A stretch of DNA of 62,638 nt, the filler included, from Pseudobdellovibrionaceae bacterium (GTDB taxonomy: Bacteria; Bdellovibrionota; Bdellovibrionia; Bdellovibrionales; UBA1609): the NCBI GenBank assembly GCA_030591685.1. It is 5 parts of 5 records of this genome, joined end to end, with 100 filler letters (N's around TTAATTAATTAA, not from the genome) between each part and the next. Parts side by side here need not be neighbours in the genome. Positions count along the whole stretch, not along the records: positions 29,755 to 51,626 come from JAUVAX010000037.1; 4 more parts are not named here. One strand, 5' to 3'. Of the stretch, positions 30,344 to 40,700 are shown in pieces; positions within the stretch are counted from its first letter, which is position 1, and each line of letters opens with the position of its first letter. The position numbers and the translations under genes were made by a program. The notes below the pieces were generated by a model. The model was not told the origin of the DNA. It made no database searches and saw only the letters and a list, made by a program, of their open reading frames with translations.

Positions 30344-30605
30344 GATATTCTCAAATGTAGATCCAACTTCTCTTGTGTTTTAATAGTTATGTTTCAAATT
30401 GAATTACTTCTTTCTACATACAGAACTAAACTACTGTAAATAGAATTAATTAACTATTTAAACAAACATTTAACGACTGCATTAAACTTGATCTGAACAT
30501 TCATATCTCATATTATTACGTCCTACAGATTAGAAATATTTGTTTAACATTTTTTCTTTTTAATTCCGATAATTATTTGACCCAATCAAAAGGAGAGCTA
30601 CGTGT

Positions 30606-30623
30606 ACAATCTAGACCCCTATA
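30606..30623 (+). repeat. Direct repeat A, copy 1
   Basis: ACAATCTAGACCCCTATA; 17/18 identical to 32118-32135; 12 nt past the Hsp70 stop. Confidence 0.8.
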
Positions 30624-30635
30624 CTCTCGGGGCCA

Positions 30636-31913
30636 TTAACCTAACTCAGCAGCTCTCTCAGCTAAGCCTTGAATTACAGAATGAAAGTTTTTAAATGATT
30701 GTATTTTTTCACTACCAAATCGGCTTAATAGCCCTTTTTTAATAGAAGGAACTTTTGATGTCCCCCCTGTACAACAGATTAAGTCAATGTCCTCATAATT
30801 TACTTGTGCCATTTTTATAACCTCATCTAATGTTGAAAAAATAGTGTCTATTTTTGAACTCGTGTACTCCTCAAACTCTTTATTAGTTATGTTTTCTTTT
30901 ATATGTAAATCTAAATCATTAAATAAAAATTCTCCAGAACCCTTTTCACATATTAATTTTTTACTCAATTCAATTTTTTCAAATAAAGAAAACCCAAGGT
31001 TCTCATCAATCAAGTTAAATAACAGATCTAACCGGTCTTTATCATCACGGGTCATCTTGCATTTTCGTACATCATTTAAAAATGGCATTATACTTGATCT
31101 AGACATCAACGTTATATCAGCTGGAGAGCTTAAATTTATTTTTAATGCTGCTGGCATTGATAAAGTATTATTAGACATGGGGAACTGATATTTTACTTGA
31201 GAACCAAAATACGGAGCCACTCTGTTTGCCATTATACACCCATCAAGCATATCCCCAGCTACAGAAACCCCTCCTAAGGATAAAACATCCTCTTTGCCCC
31301 TGTCCTTAGAGCCAATTTTTATTACTGTAAAGTCAGATGTTCCACCCCCTAAATCCACAACTAATACGAGCTTTTCAGAATCAAGCTCACTCCTGTAACT
31401 ATACGCAGCAGCTAAGGGCTCTGAAAAAAACTCAATATTTTTAAATCCGGCTTCTTTGGCCGCAGTTTCTAACCTATCTTGCGCCAACTGATCGGAGCTG
31501 TCATCTATTGAAAACCTAGCCGGTCGACCTAAGACGACATTCTTTATGTCTCTATCAAAATAAATATCAGCTCTTGATTTAACCTCTTTCAAGAAACAAC
31601 CAATGAGCTCTTCAATTTTATAAATTCTTGAGTTTATCTGAGTCCCTTGAAACGACTTAGATGGTAAGTATTTCTTAATCGATCTAATAAATCGACCTTC
31701 TCCACTTTCTTCAATATAAGTATCAATTGCAGACTGTCCAAATTTTGCACCTCCCCCTCTTGAAAAATACATAAGGCTTCTAAATATTGTTGGGTCAGTA
31801 TTTTTTGAATCCATTATCAAAGGACTTTTTGCTTTTCCGTTCTGAGAATATGCCAATAGTGAGTTAGAGGTTCCAAAATCTATTGCATAAGTAATACTAT
31901 CTTTCATTTTCAT
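30636..31913 (-). CDS. yegD: Hsp70 family protein (YegD-like)
   Basis: AIDFGTSNS, GRFIRSIK, VVLGRPARF, EPLAAA, VVDLGGGTSDF, TGGTS. Start probably 31913 or 31907. Confidence 0.9.
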   Translation of the reverse strand: MKMKDSITYAIDFGTSNSLLAYSQNGKAKSPLIMDSKNTDPTIFRSLMYFSRGGGAKFGQSAIDTYIEESGEGRFIRSIKKYLPSKSFQGTQINSRIYKIEELIGCFLKEVKSRADIYFDRDIKNVVLGRPARFSIDDSSDQLAQDRLETAAKEAGFKNIEFFSEPLAAAYSYRSELDSEKLVLVVDLGGGTSDFTVIKIGSKDRGKEDVLSLGGVSVAGDMLDGCIMANRVAPYFGSQVKYQFPMSNNTLSMPAALKINLSSPADITLMSRSSIMPFLNDVRKCKMTRDDKDRLDLLFNLIDENLGFSLFEKIELSKKLICEKGSGEFLFNDLDLHIKENITNKEFEEYTSSKIDTIFSTLDEVIKMAQVNYEDIDLICCTGGTSKVPSIKKGLLSRFGSEKIQSFKNFHSVIQGLAERAAELG

Positions 31914-32117
31914 ATAATGCCATACCGGATATTTAAAGTAAAAAGATTGTTCACCTTCAGCAAGAACAGAACTTTTTTTGTACAATTAATGATAGACCTA
32001 AATTACCTCCTGGCTCTCCGTTCATACGCAGTGGGTAAACCTCCCCTGCCAGCTATAAATACTCACGTAAGACACTTTAATTCGAAATAGAATTTCTCTA
32101 AGCCAGATATTTTAAAC

Positions 32118-32135
32118 ACAATCTAGCCCCCTATA
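32118..32135 (+). repeat. Direct repeat A, copy 2
   Basis: ACAATCTAGCCCCCTATA. Confidence 0.8.
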
Positions 32136-32274
32136 TAAGCAGTGCCTCCTGTCACCCCATAATAGTTTGGTGACGGAGCAAATCCCCCTTCATTATGATG
32201 TTAACTTTATCTCCAGTAAGAGCATGAAATTACACGTAAAAAATTATTTTAATACTGCGTAGAGAAAACATGAT

Positions 32275-32290
32275 TTAGCGTCTCCGTCCC
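32275..32290 (+). repeat. Direct repeat B, copy 1
   Basis: TTAGCGTCTCCGTCCC; 15/16 identical to 34683-34698; 27 nt past the regulator stop. Confidence 0.8.
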
Positions 32291-32317
32291 TCTATTTACT
32301 CTTTTTCATCATTTAGA

Positions 32318-33046
32318 TTACTTTTTATAATTATTTATTATTGAAAAACTCCATGGTCGCATCCCAATAAATAATGATATATTATTAGCATTTTTATCAT
32401 TAGCATCTAACAAATAAAGCTCCCTAAACTCTTGAGAGACTTTATCTAACTTTTTTTGAATAAGCTTGGAGCTTTCGTTTGAAAGTCGACCGGACAAAAA
32501 AAGTTGACTTTCGCTGTCTTCAACAAAGTAAGAGTTCATAAACTCATCTCGAATTAGATAAAAATATTTTTGACTTAATTTACCCTTAGGGATCCACATT
32601 GTCCCTAAGCCAACCTTTGGTATTAACCTATTTTTGATATGAACATCAACCAAACCCACCGATTCTAACTTTGAAAGAGCCTGCCTTAGCTTAACAGGAG
32701 AGAACTTATACTCTTTGAGTATTTCATCAAATGATTTTCCAAACGCTACCAAATAAAAAACAACTAAATATTCCTCTTTTAAGGACATTAAGTTCTCTTG
32801 GTATTCTGTGAAATATTTTTGAAGGTTCTCCTCTAGAGGCGTTCGTGTTAACTCCTCTAGAGTGATGCCCGCCGCAATACAAACCTGGTCTAATTGTTTT
32901 AAAGAAAGATTTTTACTAGAAAACCATCTCTTTAGAGTCGACTCTGACACCGCCACTGCCTTTGCGAGCTGAGCGTAGGTGATTCCTCTTTTTTTTAAAT
33001 GCGACTTGATTCTATCTACTAAAATTATACACGTTGACATTTTCAT
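32318..33046 (-). CDS. XRE/Cro-type HTH transcriptional regulator
   Basis: LKKRGITYAQLAKAVAVSESTLKRWFS HTH; C-terminal MRPW motif. Confidence 0.88.
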   Translation of the reverse strand: MKMSTCIILVDRIKSHLKKRGITYAQLAKAVAVSESTLKRWFSSKNLSLKQLDQVCIAAGITLEELTRTPLEENLQKYFTEYQENLMSLKEEYLVVFYLVAFGKSFDEILKEYKFSPVKLRQALSKLESVGLVDVHIKNRLIPKVGLGTMWIPKGKLSQKYFYLIRDEFMNSYFVEDSESQLFLSGRLSNESSKLIQKKLDKVSQEFRELYLLDANDKNANNISLFIGMRPWSFSIINNYKK

Positions 33047-33149
33047 TAAGTAACACCGAAAGTATCGAATATCATTACTTTTAAAATTTAAGTATTATCT
33101 GATGCTTGCGCCTGATACAACCCTACCAACTAAATAACTTGGAGGGATT

Positions 33150-34325
33150 ATGAAAACCATACGCTTTAAACTCTTGATGACGGCTATTTTGCTCTTAACA
33201 GTTAACCAATTCTCATTTGCGAGTGACCATATAGACGGCCCCGCAACAATGAGTCATGGAGTCGCAGATATTTCTGATTTGTACGCCTTCCCCACCCCTA
33301 ATCGAAGGGGCAACCTAAGCCTTGTTTTAAATGTATACCCGATGGTCCCTGCAAACGGACATTTCTCTGAAAAAGTAAACTATATCTTTCTATTAAGAAC
33401 CGTCGATATCTCGGGGTCATTTAAGCAAGCTGTCACTTATGTAGAGTCGAAAATCATTTGCTCTTTTAAAACGCCTCATCACAAGAGTTACAGCGTGACT
33501 TGCCGAACAGATAAAGGCCTCTCTGCAAAAGCTAAAATTGGTAAAAAACAACATAAAGGAGACTTTAGATTGTTTGCCGGGATGGTATCTGACCCTTTTT
33601 ATCTCAACGTAGATTGGGTTAAAAACTCAATGGTGAAGGGGAAGTTAACCACCCCCAGCCCTAAGAATATTATGGATAAGCTGAATGTTTTAAGTATTGT
33701 AATAGATATTGAAATTGACAAAGTTTTTGAAGACTACAGAGACGAACTCCTTGCAGTGGCAGCAAAATCTGTCACAAGAGATGGCCCTAACTCCAACTGG
33801 AGACAATTGGACTGGGTGGGACGACCTGAAATAACAAATTTTTCTTTAAGTCCAAACGGAAAAAATGAGCTTAGAGATAAATACAACAGTGAGACACCGT
33901 TTACCAGACCATTCAAATACGAAAATTTGTACTTCAAAAGACTTTACAAAAATATAACACTTCATTATGACCGGCAAGATAATAGAGTCGATTGGGATGA
34001 AGATACAGCGAAACAACTCGTATCCATATTAATGGATGACTACCTACTTTTAGCGCCAAACCTTGCTTGCAATGATGATAGTTATTTTGATATTGAAATG
34101 TCTATCTTAAAAAACAGTAACTATACAACTTGTGGAGGGCGAAAATTAACCGATGACATTGTAGACAAAGTCTTGTCTCTCTACATAACTTCTAATACAA
34201 ATGACCTAGTTGATGGCGTAGATTACCCTTATAGGGAGATCTCAGGTACATTCCCATACTTATCCACCCCGGACACGAGCCTATCAGCTAGAATCAAAGC
34301 ATGGTTCGCTCGAAAATTTAAATAA
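33150..34325 (+). CDS. DUF4331 family secreted protein
   Basis: Signal peptide then SDHIDGP, DISDLYAF, FAGMVSDPF, QLDWVGRPEI, GGRKLTDDIVD, FPYL. Confidence 0.88.
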   Translation: MKTIRFKLLMTAILLLTVNQFSFASDHIDGPATMSHGVADISDLYAFPTPNRRGNLSLVLNVYPMVPANGHFSEKVNYIFLLRTVDISGSFKQAVTYVESKIICSFKTPHHKSYSVTCRTDKGLSAKAKIGKKQHKGDFRLFAGMVSDPFYLNVDWVKNSMVKGKLTTPSPKNIMDKLNVLSIVIDIEIDKVFEDYRDELLAVAAKSVTRDGPNSNWRQLDWVGRPEITNFSLSPNGKNELRDKYNSETPFTRPFKYENLYFKRLYKNITLHYDRQDNRVDWDEDTAKQLVSILMDDYLLLAPNLACNDDSYFDIEMSILKNSNYTTCGGRKLTDDIVDKVLSLYITSNTNDLVDGVDYPYREISGTFPYLSTPDTSLSARIKAWFARKFK

Positions 34326-34682
34326 CAAGGTTTATATTATGACTAAATATTTTTTTATCCTTAATTCCGATTTATATATGTTTTATTACATCTTTAGGGG
34401 TTTTGATGTTTAAGCGGAGAAAGAAGGTCATTGAAGATGGGGAGAGTTAATGCCACCTACTTTAAAGATTACCAAGGCCAGGCCCCCTATGAACTAAAGG
34501 TTATTCAAAATAATTTTAAAAAATCAGTTTCAAGTCCCCGTTCTCTTTTTTTTAACAATAATTGTCGTCATTCAAGTTAATGCCGTCAGCTTAATAAATA
34601 TACTTTTAGGGTATGGGTTCGTCATTTCAAGATTTATGCATAGCTATGTTCACCTCGAAAAAAATAATTTAAAAAAAAGGGC

Positions 34683-34698
34683 TTAGCGTCTGCGTCCC
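34683..34698 (+). repeat. Direct repeat B, copy 2
   Basis: TTAGCGTCTGCGTCCC; 26 nt past the stop of the TIGR02147-like regulator. Confidence 0.8.
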
Positions 34699-34724
34699 AC
34701 TTATTCCTATGTGACTTGGAGACT

Positions 34725-35540
34725 TTAAAAACTGAACAAATCCATGTTTAAGCAAAACAGCTCCTGCTCTTTTGCTGGTGAAACATCAGCCGCCACCTCT
34801 TGAATTAACTTTAACATACGCCCTTTAACCCTCTCTTTAACCTCAGCAGTTGCGGCATAGGAGCCTGTAAAGAATAAATCCACCTCCCTGCGTAACTCCA
34901 TATTTTTTAACCCCTGCATGCGCCAGTTTTGATGATTTCCGTTCACTAATGGTGACTTTCTGGGGATGTGCGTATTGTTCACAGCCGGACTCAACTTACC
35001 ATTTTCAATTTTGCAGATATTGTGATTGAGTAAAAATTCAACTATTGACCTAACAGTCTTTAACGGCACGCCAAAATGATCGGCAAGTTGGTCCTCAGTT
35101 TTTAAACTTTTCAAATTTGTACCTAAGCGAATAGCTCCGTATAGCCAATCACTATAGAAGACGCCCTTGTCCAAGTCGCTAAGCTCTATGTTTTTTAAAC
35201 GGGACTTAACCTCTTTTGATTCTTTTTTCATTTTATTAATTTGATCGGAAAAAACTTTTTTTAATTTAAAATATCCTGCACGATTTCGCTGTACTAGTAG
35301 CAAAAAGTAGTCTCGCTCTATCTCATTAAAACCAAAATACTCTGTCACTTTATAGGCCTGCTCTAGAGTTAAGTCTCTGTCCCCTTTAAATACCTGACTG
35401 ACAATTACTGCGCTAATGTTAAGAAATTGAGCAATTCGACGAGACTGCCCAAACCCCTTTTTAGGCATTCCAGCAATTTTTTGGTTAACGAAGCTCTTAT
35501 AGTCATCAAAATCAAAAATATCCATGCATATATTTTCCAT
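34725..35540 (-). CDS. TIGR02147/DUF4423-like HTH regulator (family expanded in Bdellovibrionota)
   Basis: IFDFDDYKSF, SQVFKGDRDLT, ERDYFLLLVQ, FYSDWLY, HQNWR, FCLNMDLF. Confidence 0.82.
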   Translation of the reverse strand: MENICMDIFDFDDYKSFVNQKIAGMPKKGFGQSRRIAQFLNISAVIVSQVFKGDRDLTLEQAYKVTEYFGFNEIERDYFLLLVQRNRAGYFKLKKVFSDQINKMKKESKEVKSRLKNIELSDLDKGVFYSDWLYGAIRLGTNLKSLKTEDQLADHFGVPLKTVRSIVEFLLNHNICKIENGKLSPAVNNTHIPRKSPLVNGNHQNWRMQGLKNMELRREVDLFFTGSYAATAEVKERVKGRMLKLIQEVAADVSPAKEQELFCLNMDLFSF

Positions 35541-35669
35541 GTATTTTTAGTGAGTTACAATAACAATTAGCAAAAACGCTAATTTTATTACTAAGCTCTA
35601 GCAAACATTATATATCGCGTAGCGTTACCTCCTGGCATTGGTATTAAAACTGCAAAAAAGGAGAATGAA

Positions 35670-36815
35670 GTGAAAAGAATATCTAAAATACGACAAGGTC
35701 TATTAATGGCCTTAACCATTACTACAGTACACTTTACTGCGAATGCCGGGTCAATGGGCGATAGCGGAACTGGTGGTGAGACTATTGAGCTAAAAAGGCC
35801 AACTATAGAGCGTATCGTCAGTGTATTGAAGTCTTCTGAGGCGTCTATCCCTACTCTTCTAGCAACACTAGAACTCTACCTTAAGAATGAAGCTAACGAC
35901 CTCACTAATAAAAATGCTCCCGTCGCGGAAGATTTAATGGCTCAAATATTTAACTCTGACCTTACAATTTTAGATTTATTTAAAACCAAAAAAATGGAAG
36001 TACGAACCGACAAGCCTTGCTACGACATTAATCATGAGCCCACAGAGGGAAGTATCTACTTTCTTAAATCAGGAGATTACTGTGTCAGTCCTTTTTGGAT
36101 GGTTAATAATAAACAATCTGATTTTAATTCTACAAACTATCTTGGGTTAGTTAATGCTGTAGTTGTTCATGAGCTATACCACTTAATTGACATCAATGAA
36201 ACTAGGGCCGACCTCATCAGTAACTCAGTTTATTTTATTTACACATACATTAACGTAAATATAGATGTCTACAGAAAAACCCATGAAGCTGAACGTAAAA
36301 TGTACAAAGGCTTATCTGAAATCATTTCTAACATTGATGACAATCTTGCCCTATGTCTTAGAATAAACGACCTAAATGCTGATGTTAGCTTTTATTTTTA
36401 CCATCCAAATAACTCTGAATGGTTAACTGTGTTACCACCTCAAGTATATATTAGTTTTATAACTGTTATGCATCAGGCATCCGCTATAAACGGATATTGC
36501 GAAAAGAACCCTGTTTTGCCTGGAGAATTAACAGACGTTACTTTTGTCAATGATAGGTTCCAACACTATCATACTGCTAAATCAAAAGAATTAGAAAAAA
36601 CTAATTATTATTTTTTCAAAACTAATTACTTGAAAAAAGAAAAATTAAAATATTCACTTAAAAATATCTATAATAATTTAAAGCCAATTAGTGAGTTCCT
36701 TAAAGATTACAAAGATAACAAAAACCAGGTGCCAGACTCCTATCAATATAATAACTTTTTAGAAAACATAATTTTACCACAGATCAAGCAACCACCTCTG
36801 CAACCTATCCATTAA
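35670..36815 (+). CDS. Secreted protein with HExxH motif (possible zinc metallopeptidase)
   Basis: Signal peptide ..TANA, Gly-rich GSMGDSGTGG start of the mature protein, VVHELYHL. Confidence 0.7.
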   Translation: MKRISKIRQGLLMALTITTVHFTANAGSMGDSGTGGETIELKRPTIERIVSVLKSSEASIPTLLATLELYLKNEANDLTNKNAPVAEDLMAQIFNSDLTILDLFKTKKMEVRTDKPCYDINHEPTEGSIYFLKSGDYCVSPFWMVNNKQSDFNSTNYLGLVNAVVVHELYHLIDINETRADLISNSVYFIYTYINVNIDVYRKTHEAERKMYKGLSEIISNIDDNLALCLRINDLNADVSFYFYHPNNSEWLTVLPPQVYISFITVMHQASAINGYCEKNPVLPGELTDVTFVNDRFQHYHTAKSKELEKTNYYFFKTNYLKKEKLKYSLKNIYNNLKPISEFLKDYKDNKNQVPDSYQYNNFLENIILPQIKQPPLQPIH

Positions 36816-37104
36816 TAATGGTGGGTTGCTATAGATCTTGTAATCAAAAAGTATATGTCACATAAACGCTTTAATATCTGTACGGCAGGGTTTGTGCCCG
36901 CAGGGAGAGTTTAATCACCTACACAGCACCACCGTCGAGCCTTAATCAGCCGCTTAGTTTTAAATGCCCCCCTCCCTGGGGGTTTAAAACAATAGACCCT
37001 TCACCTAGGTCCGTAAGTTTAGGGCCTGGTGTGGGTATACGTAGATTTTAACTCAAAAATCTATTAGCATTTTAACTTGGATTAGTAAAAAATTGTGAGG
37101 TTCT

Positions 37105-37578
37105 ATGTCTACATTAAATGCTCTGCTTAAACACTTACTTAAAGAAAATATTGAGTTTGTCATTGTTGGCGACTTTGCCGCCGTCATATACGGCACAACA
37201 ATTGACACCACTCGTGTTGAGATTTGCACCCCCTTTACAGAGCAAACCATTGAGCATTTAAAAAGTGCTTTTAAAGATATTAACCCTTTTTTTCGTGGCT
37301 CAGAAAATAAGGTTTCATTTTTAGAGCATGCTCACAATGCCGACGGGGAAAAGTCAATTTTTCTAGAGACCGATATGGGCGGGATTGATGTTTTAGCCTC
37401 TGTAGAAGGCGTTGGAGACTATACCTACTTAAAAGAACACTCTATGACGATGCCACTGTTTGGGCAGACCTGTCATGTTATTACCGTAGAGGATCTCATT
37501 AAAGAGAAATCTATAGAGCCTGACGACCATGATATGCAGGTATTAGCTGAGTTAAAAAAAATAGCCGCTCACGATTAA
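37105..37578 (+). CDS. Nucleotidyltransferase-fold protein with a degenerate active site
   Basis: IEFVIVGDFAAVIYG..T.RVEIC, GGIDVL..VEGVGDY, DLIKEK, D..VL.EL match small stand-alone NTases. Confidence 0.75.
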   Translation: MSTLNALLKHLLKENIEFVIVGDFAAVIYGTTIDTTRVEICTPFTEQTIEHLKSAFKDINPFFRGSENKVSFLEHAHNADGEKSIFLETDMGGIDVLASVEGVGDYTYLKEHSMTMPLFGQTCHVITVEDLIKEKSIEPDDHDMQVLAELKKIAAHD

Positions 37579-37798
37579 TCAATAAAATATCTTTTTTACC
37601 CCACCCTAAAGCTCAGGCCACTGAGGGTTAGAGAGGGGCCAAATCGCTCCCTATATGGGCCCATGAGAGCCCTCCTGATTAAAATCCCCCCATTGACGCC
37701 ATTTGTTTTAAAACTTCCTCTTGAATAACACCCAAAAACATTGCTAAAACTATTTGTTTTACCCTGCACTTTACCCATTTTATAGGAGTGACCGTCAA

Positions 37799-40700
37799 AT
37801 GAAGCCCTTAACCCATAAAGGCCAAGCCCTTGAAAAATTACTAAAAAAACGCCTCGTTTTTTTAGACGGCGCTATGGGCACAATGATACAAAAACACAAA
37901 CTTGTAGAAGAGGACTTTAGGGGCTCTCTTTTTAAAAATCACACTAAAGACTTACAGGGCAATAACGACCTACTCACCCTCACCCGCCCTGAGATCAGAA
38001 AAGACATCCATAAGCAGTACCTACTTGCCGGCAGTGACATCATTGAAACTAATACCTTTAGTGGCACCTGTATTGCGCAAGATGATTACGGCTTTAAAGA
38101 TGACGTTGTTTACGAGGTTAATTTTCAATCCGCAAAAATCGCCCTGGATGCCGTTAAAGAGGTTAAAATCTTACACCCTGAGCGTGAGCTTTTTGTCGCA
38201 GGCTCTTTAGGCCCAACAAATAAAACAGCCTCTATGTCACCAGACGTCAACGACCCCAGCTTTAGAGCGGTAACCTTTGATCAACTCGTAGACGCCTACT
38301 ACAAACAAGCCGATGCTTTAGTTAAAGGTGGGGTCGACATATTACTTGTTGAAACCGTTTTTGACTCGCTTAACTGTAAAGCCGCACTCTTTGCCCTTGA
38401 AAAGCTCTTTGACACTTTACCGGAGCGGTTACCAGTAATGATCTCCGTCACTATTACTGATAACTCTGGCCGCACCCTCTCGGGCCAAACTACTGAGGGC
38501 TACTGGAACTCTATTAAACACATCAACCCCCTTAGTGTTGGCATTAACTGTGCTTTAGGGGCAAAAGAAATGCGCCCCTATATCCAAGAGCTTTCAAAAT
38601 TAGCCAACTGCTACATAAGTTGCTACCCCAATGCGGGGTTGCCAAACCCATTAAGTGATACGGGCTATGATGAAAAGCCTGAGGACACCTCTTCATTTTT
38701 ACTCGACTACGCCGAAAGCCAATTTGTAAACATGGTGGGTGGGTGCTGCGGCACCACCCCTGACCACATTAAAGCCATCGTTGATTTACTTAAAAACAAG
38801 CCACCTCGGCTCTTACCAAAAATTGAACCTTACTTAGCACTTAGTGGGCTTGAGCCTTTTAACGTCAAAGGCGAAAAGGCCCCCTTTGTAATGGTCGGAG
38901 AGCGCACTAACGTGATGGGTTCACCTAAGTTTTCGCGGCTTATAAAAGAGGGGCTCTTTGATGAGGCCCTTGTTGTGGCCCGCCAACAAGTTGAAAATGG
39001 TGCTAATGTTATTGATATTAACTTTGATGAGGGGCTCATAGACTCTGAAGAGTCTATGGTTAAGTTTTTAAACCTCATCGGCTCAGAGCCAGACATTTGC
39101 AAAGTCCCCATTATGATTGATAGCTCTAAGTGGTCAGTGATAGAGGCCGGGCTTAAATGCATACAAGGCAAGGGTGTTGTAAACTCTATCAGCCTTAAAG
39201 AGGGTGAAGACGAATTTAAAAGAAAAGCCGAACTCGTAAAACGCTACGGAGCTGCTGTTATAGTTATGGCCTTTGATGAGAAGGGGCAAGCAGCCACTAA
39301 AGACCATAAAGTACAAATCTGCCAGAGGGCTTATAAAATACTCACCACTCAGGTGGGCTTTGCACCAGAAGATATTATTTTTGACCCCAACATACTCACC
39401 GTTGCCACAGGCATTGACGAGCACAACAACTATGCCGTAGATTTTATCGAGGCCGTAAGGGTTATTAAAGCCACCTGCCCTGGGGCACGCACAAGCGGCG
39501 GGGTGAGTAACATTAGTTTTTCATTTAGGGGTAACAACATAGTGCGCGAAGCCATGCACTCGTGTTTTTTATACCACACCATCCGTGCGGGCCTAGACAT
39601 GGGCATTGTTAACGCCGGCATGTTAGAGGTGTATGAAAACATAGAGCCCAATTTAAAACAAAAAGTAGAGGATGTACTATTAAACAAACACCCCCAGGCT
39701 ACAGATAACCTTATTGATTGTGCCGAAGGCTTTAAGGGCCAAAGCAAAGAAAAAACTATAAAAGACGAAAAATGGCGCACTTGGGATGTCAAAAAACGTA
39801 TCGAACATGCACTTGTTAAAGGTCTTGTTGAGCACATTGAAAGCGACACCGAAGAGGCCCGAGCACAGCTAAAACAACCCCTTGATGTTATAGAGGGCCC
39901 ATTGATGGACGGCATGAAAGTTGTCGGCCAACTTTTTGGTGACGGTAAAATGTTTTTACCACAAGTTGTTAAATCGGCCCGAGTCATGAAACGAGCGGTC
40001 GCTTATTTGCAACCCTTTATGGATGCCGAAAAATCACAAACCGCAACAACCATCCGAGGCAAAGTACTTATGGCCACCGTTAAAGGGGATGTGCATGACA
40101 TTGGTAAAAACATTGTGGGCGTCGTTTTAGCTTGTAATAACTATGAAGTGATCGATATGGGCGTTATGGTCCCCAGTGAAGAGATACTTAAAAGGGCCCT
40201 CGAAGAGCGGGTGGATGTGATCGGACTCAGCGGGCTCATTACCCCATCACTGGACGAAATGATCCACATTGCAAAAGAGATGAAGCGACTTAAACTAGAC
40301 ATCCCCCTAATTATAGGTGGTGCCACGACGAGCCGCCTTCATACGGCGGTTAAAATTGCGCCTGAGTATAACGAGGTCATAGATCACGTACTCGACGCCT
40401 CGCTTGTAATAGGGGTTTGTAATGAGATTTTAAACCCTAAAACAAAAGACTCTTATAAAAAATCTCTCAAAGAAAATCAAAAAAAATGGCGCGATGGCCA
40501 TTTAGCCACAAAGAAAAAAAAGCAATACGCACCCCTGATAGAGGCCAATAAAAGTTTTGCTCTAGATTGGTCCAACTACACGCCCATAAAGCCAAAACAG
40601 CTGGGCGTGCATGTTATACCGCACATCTCACTAAGAGAGGTGGTTACGTATATTGACTGGAGCCCATTTTTTTGGACCTGGGACTTAAAGGGCCTTTACC

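Noticed and set aside
32143..32180. Integron attC site
   Set aside because: No flanking RYYYAAC/GTTRRRY boxes, too short, and no intI; kept only as an unclassified hairpin.
35639..35654. GG-N10-GC sigma54-like box before the 35670 gene
   Set aside because: Predicted start would fall after the RBS, too close to the start codon; likely chance.
36850..36995. GC-rich intergenic stretch as a structured RNA
   Set aside because: Only a terminator-like hairpin near 36958-36990; no promoter or recognisable RNA family features.
37579..37798. SAM or cobalamin riboswitch upstream of metH
   Set aside because: Small hairpins exist but I could not find SAM-I core or B12-box consensus; an Rfam scan would settle it.
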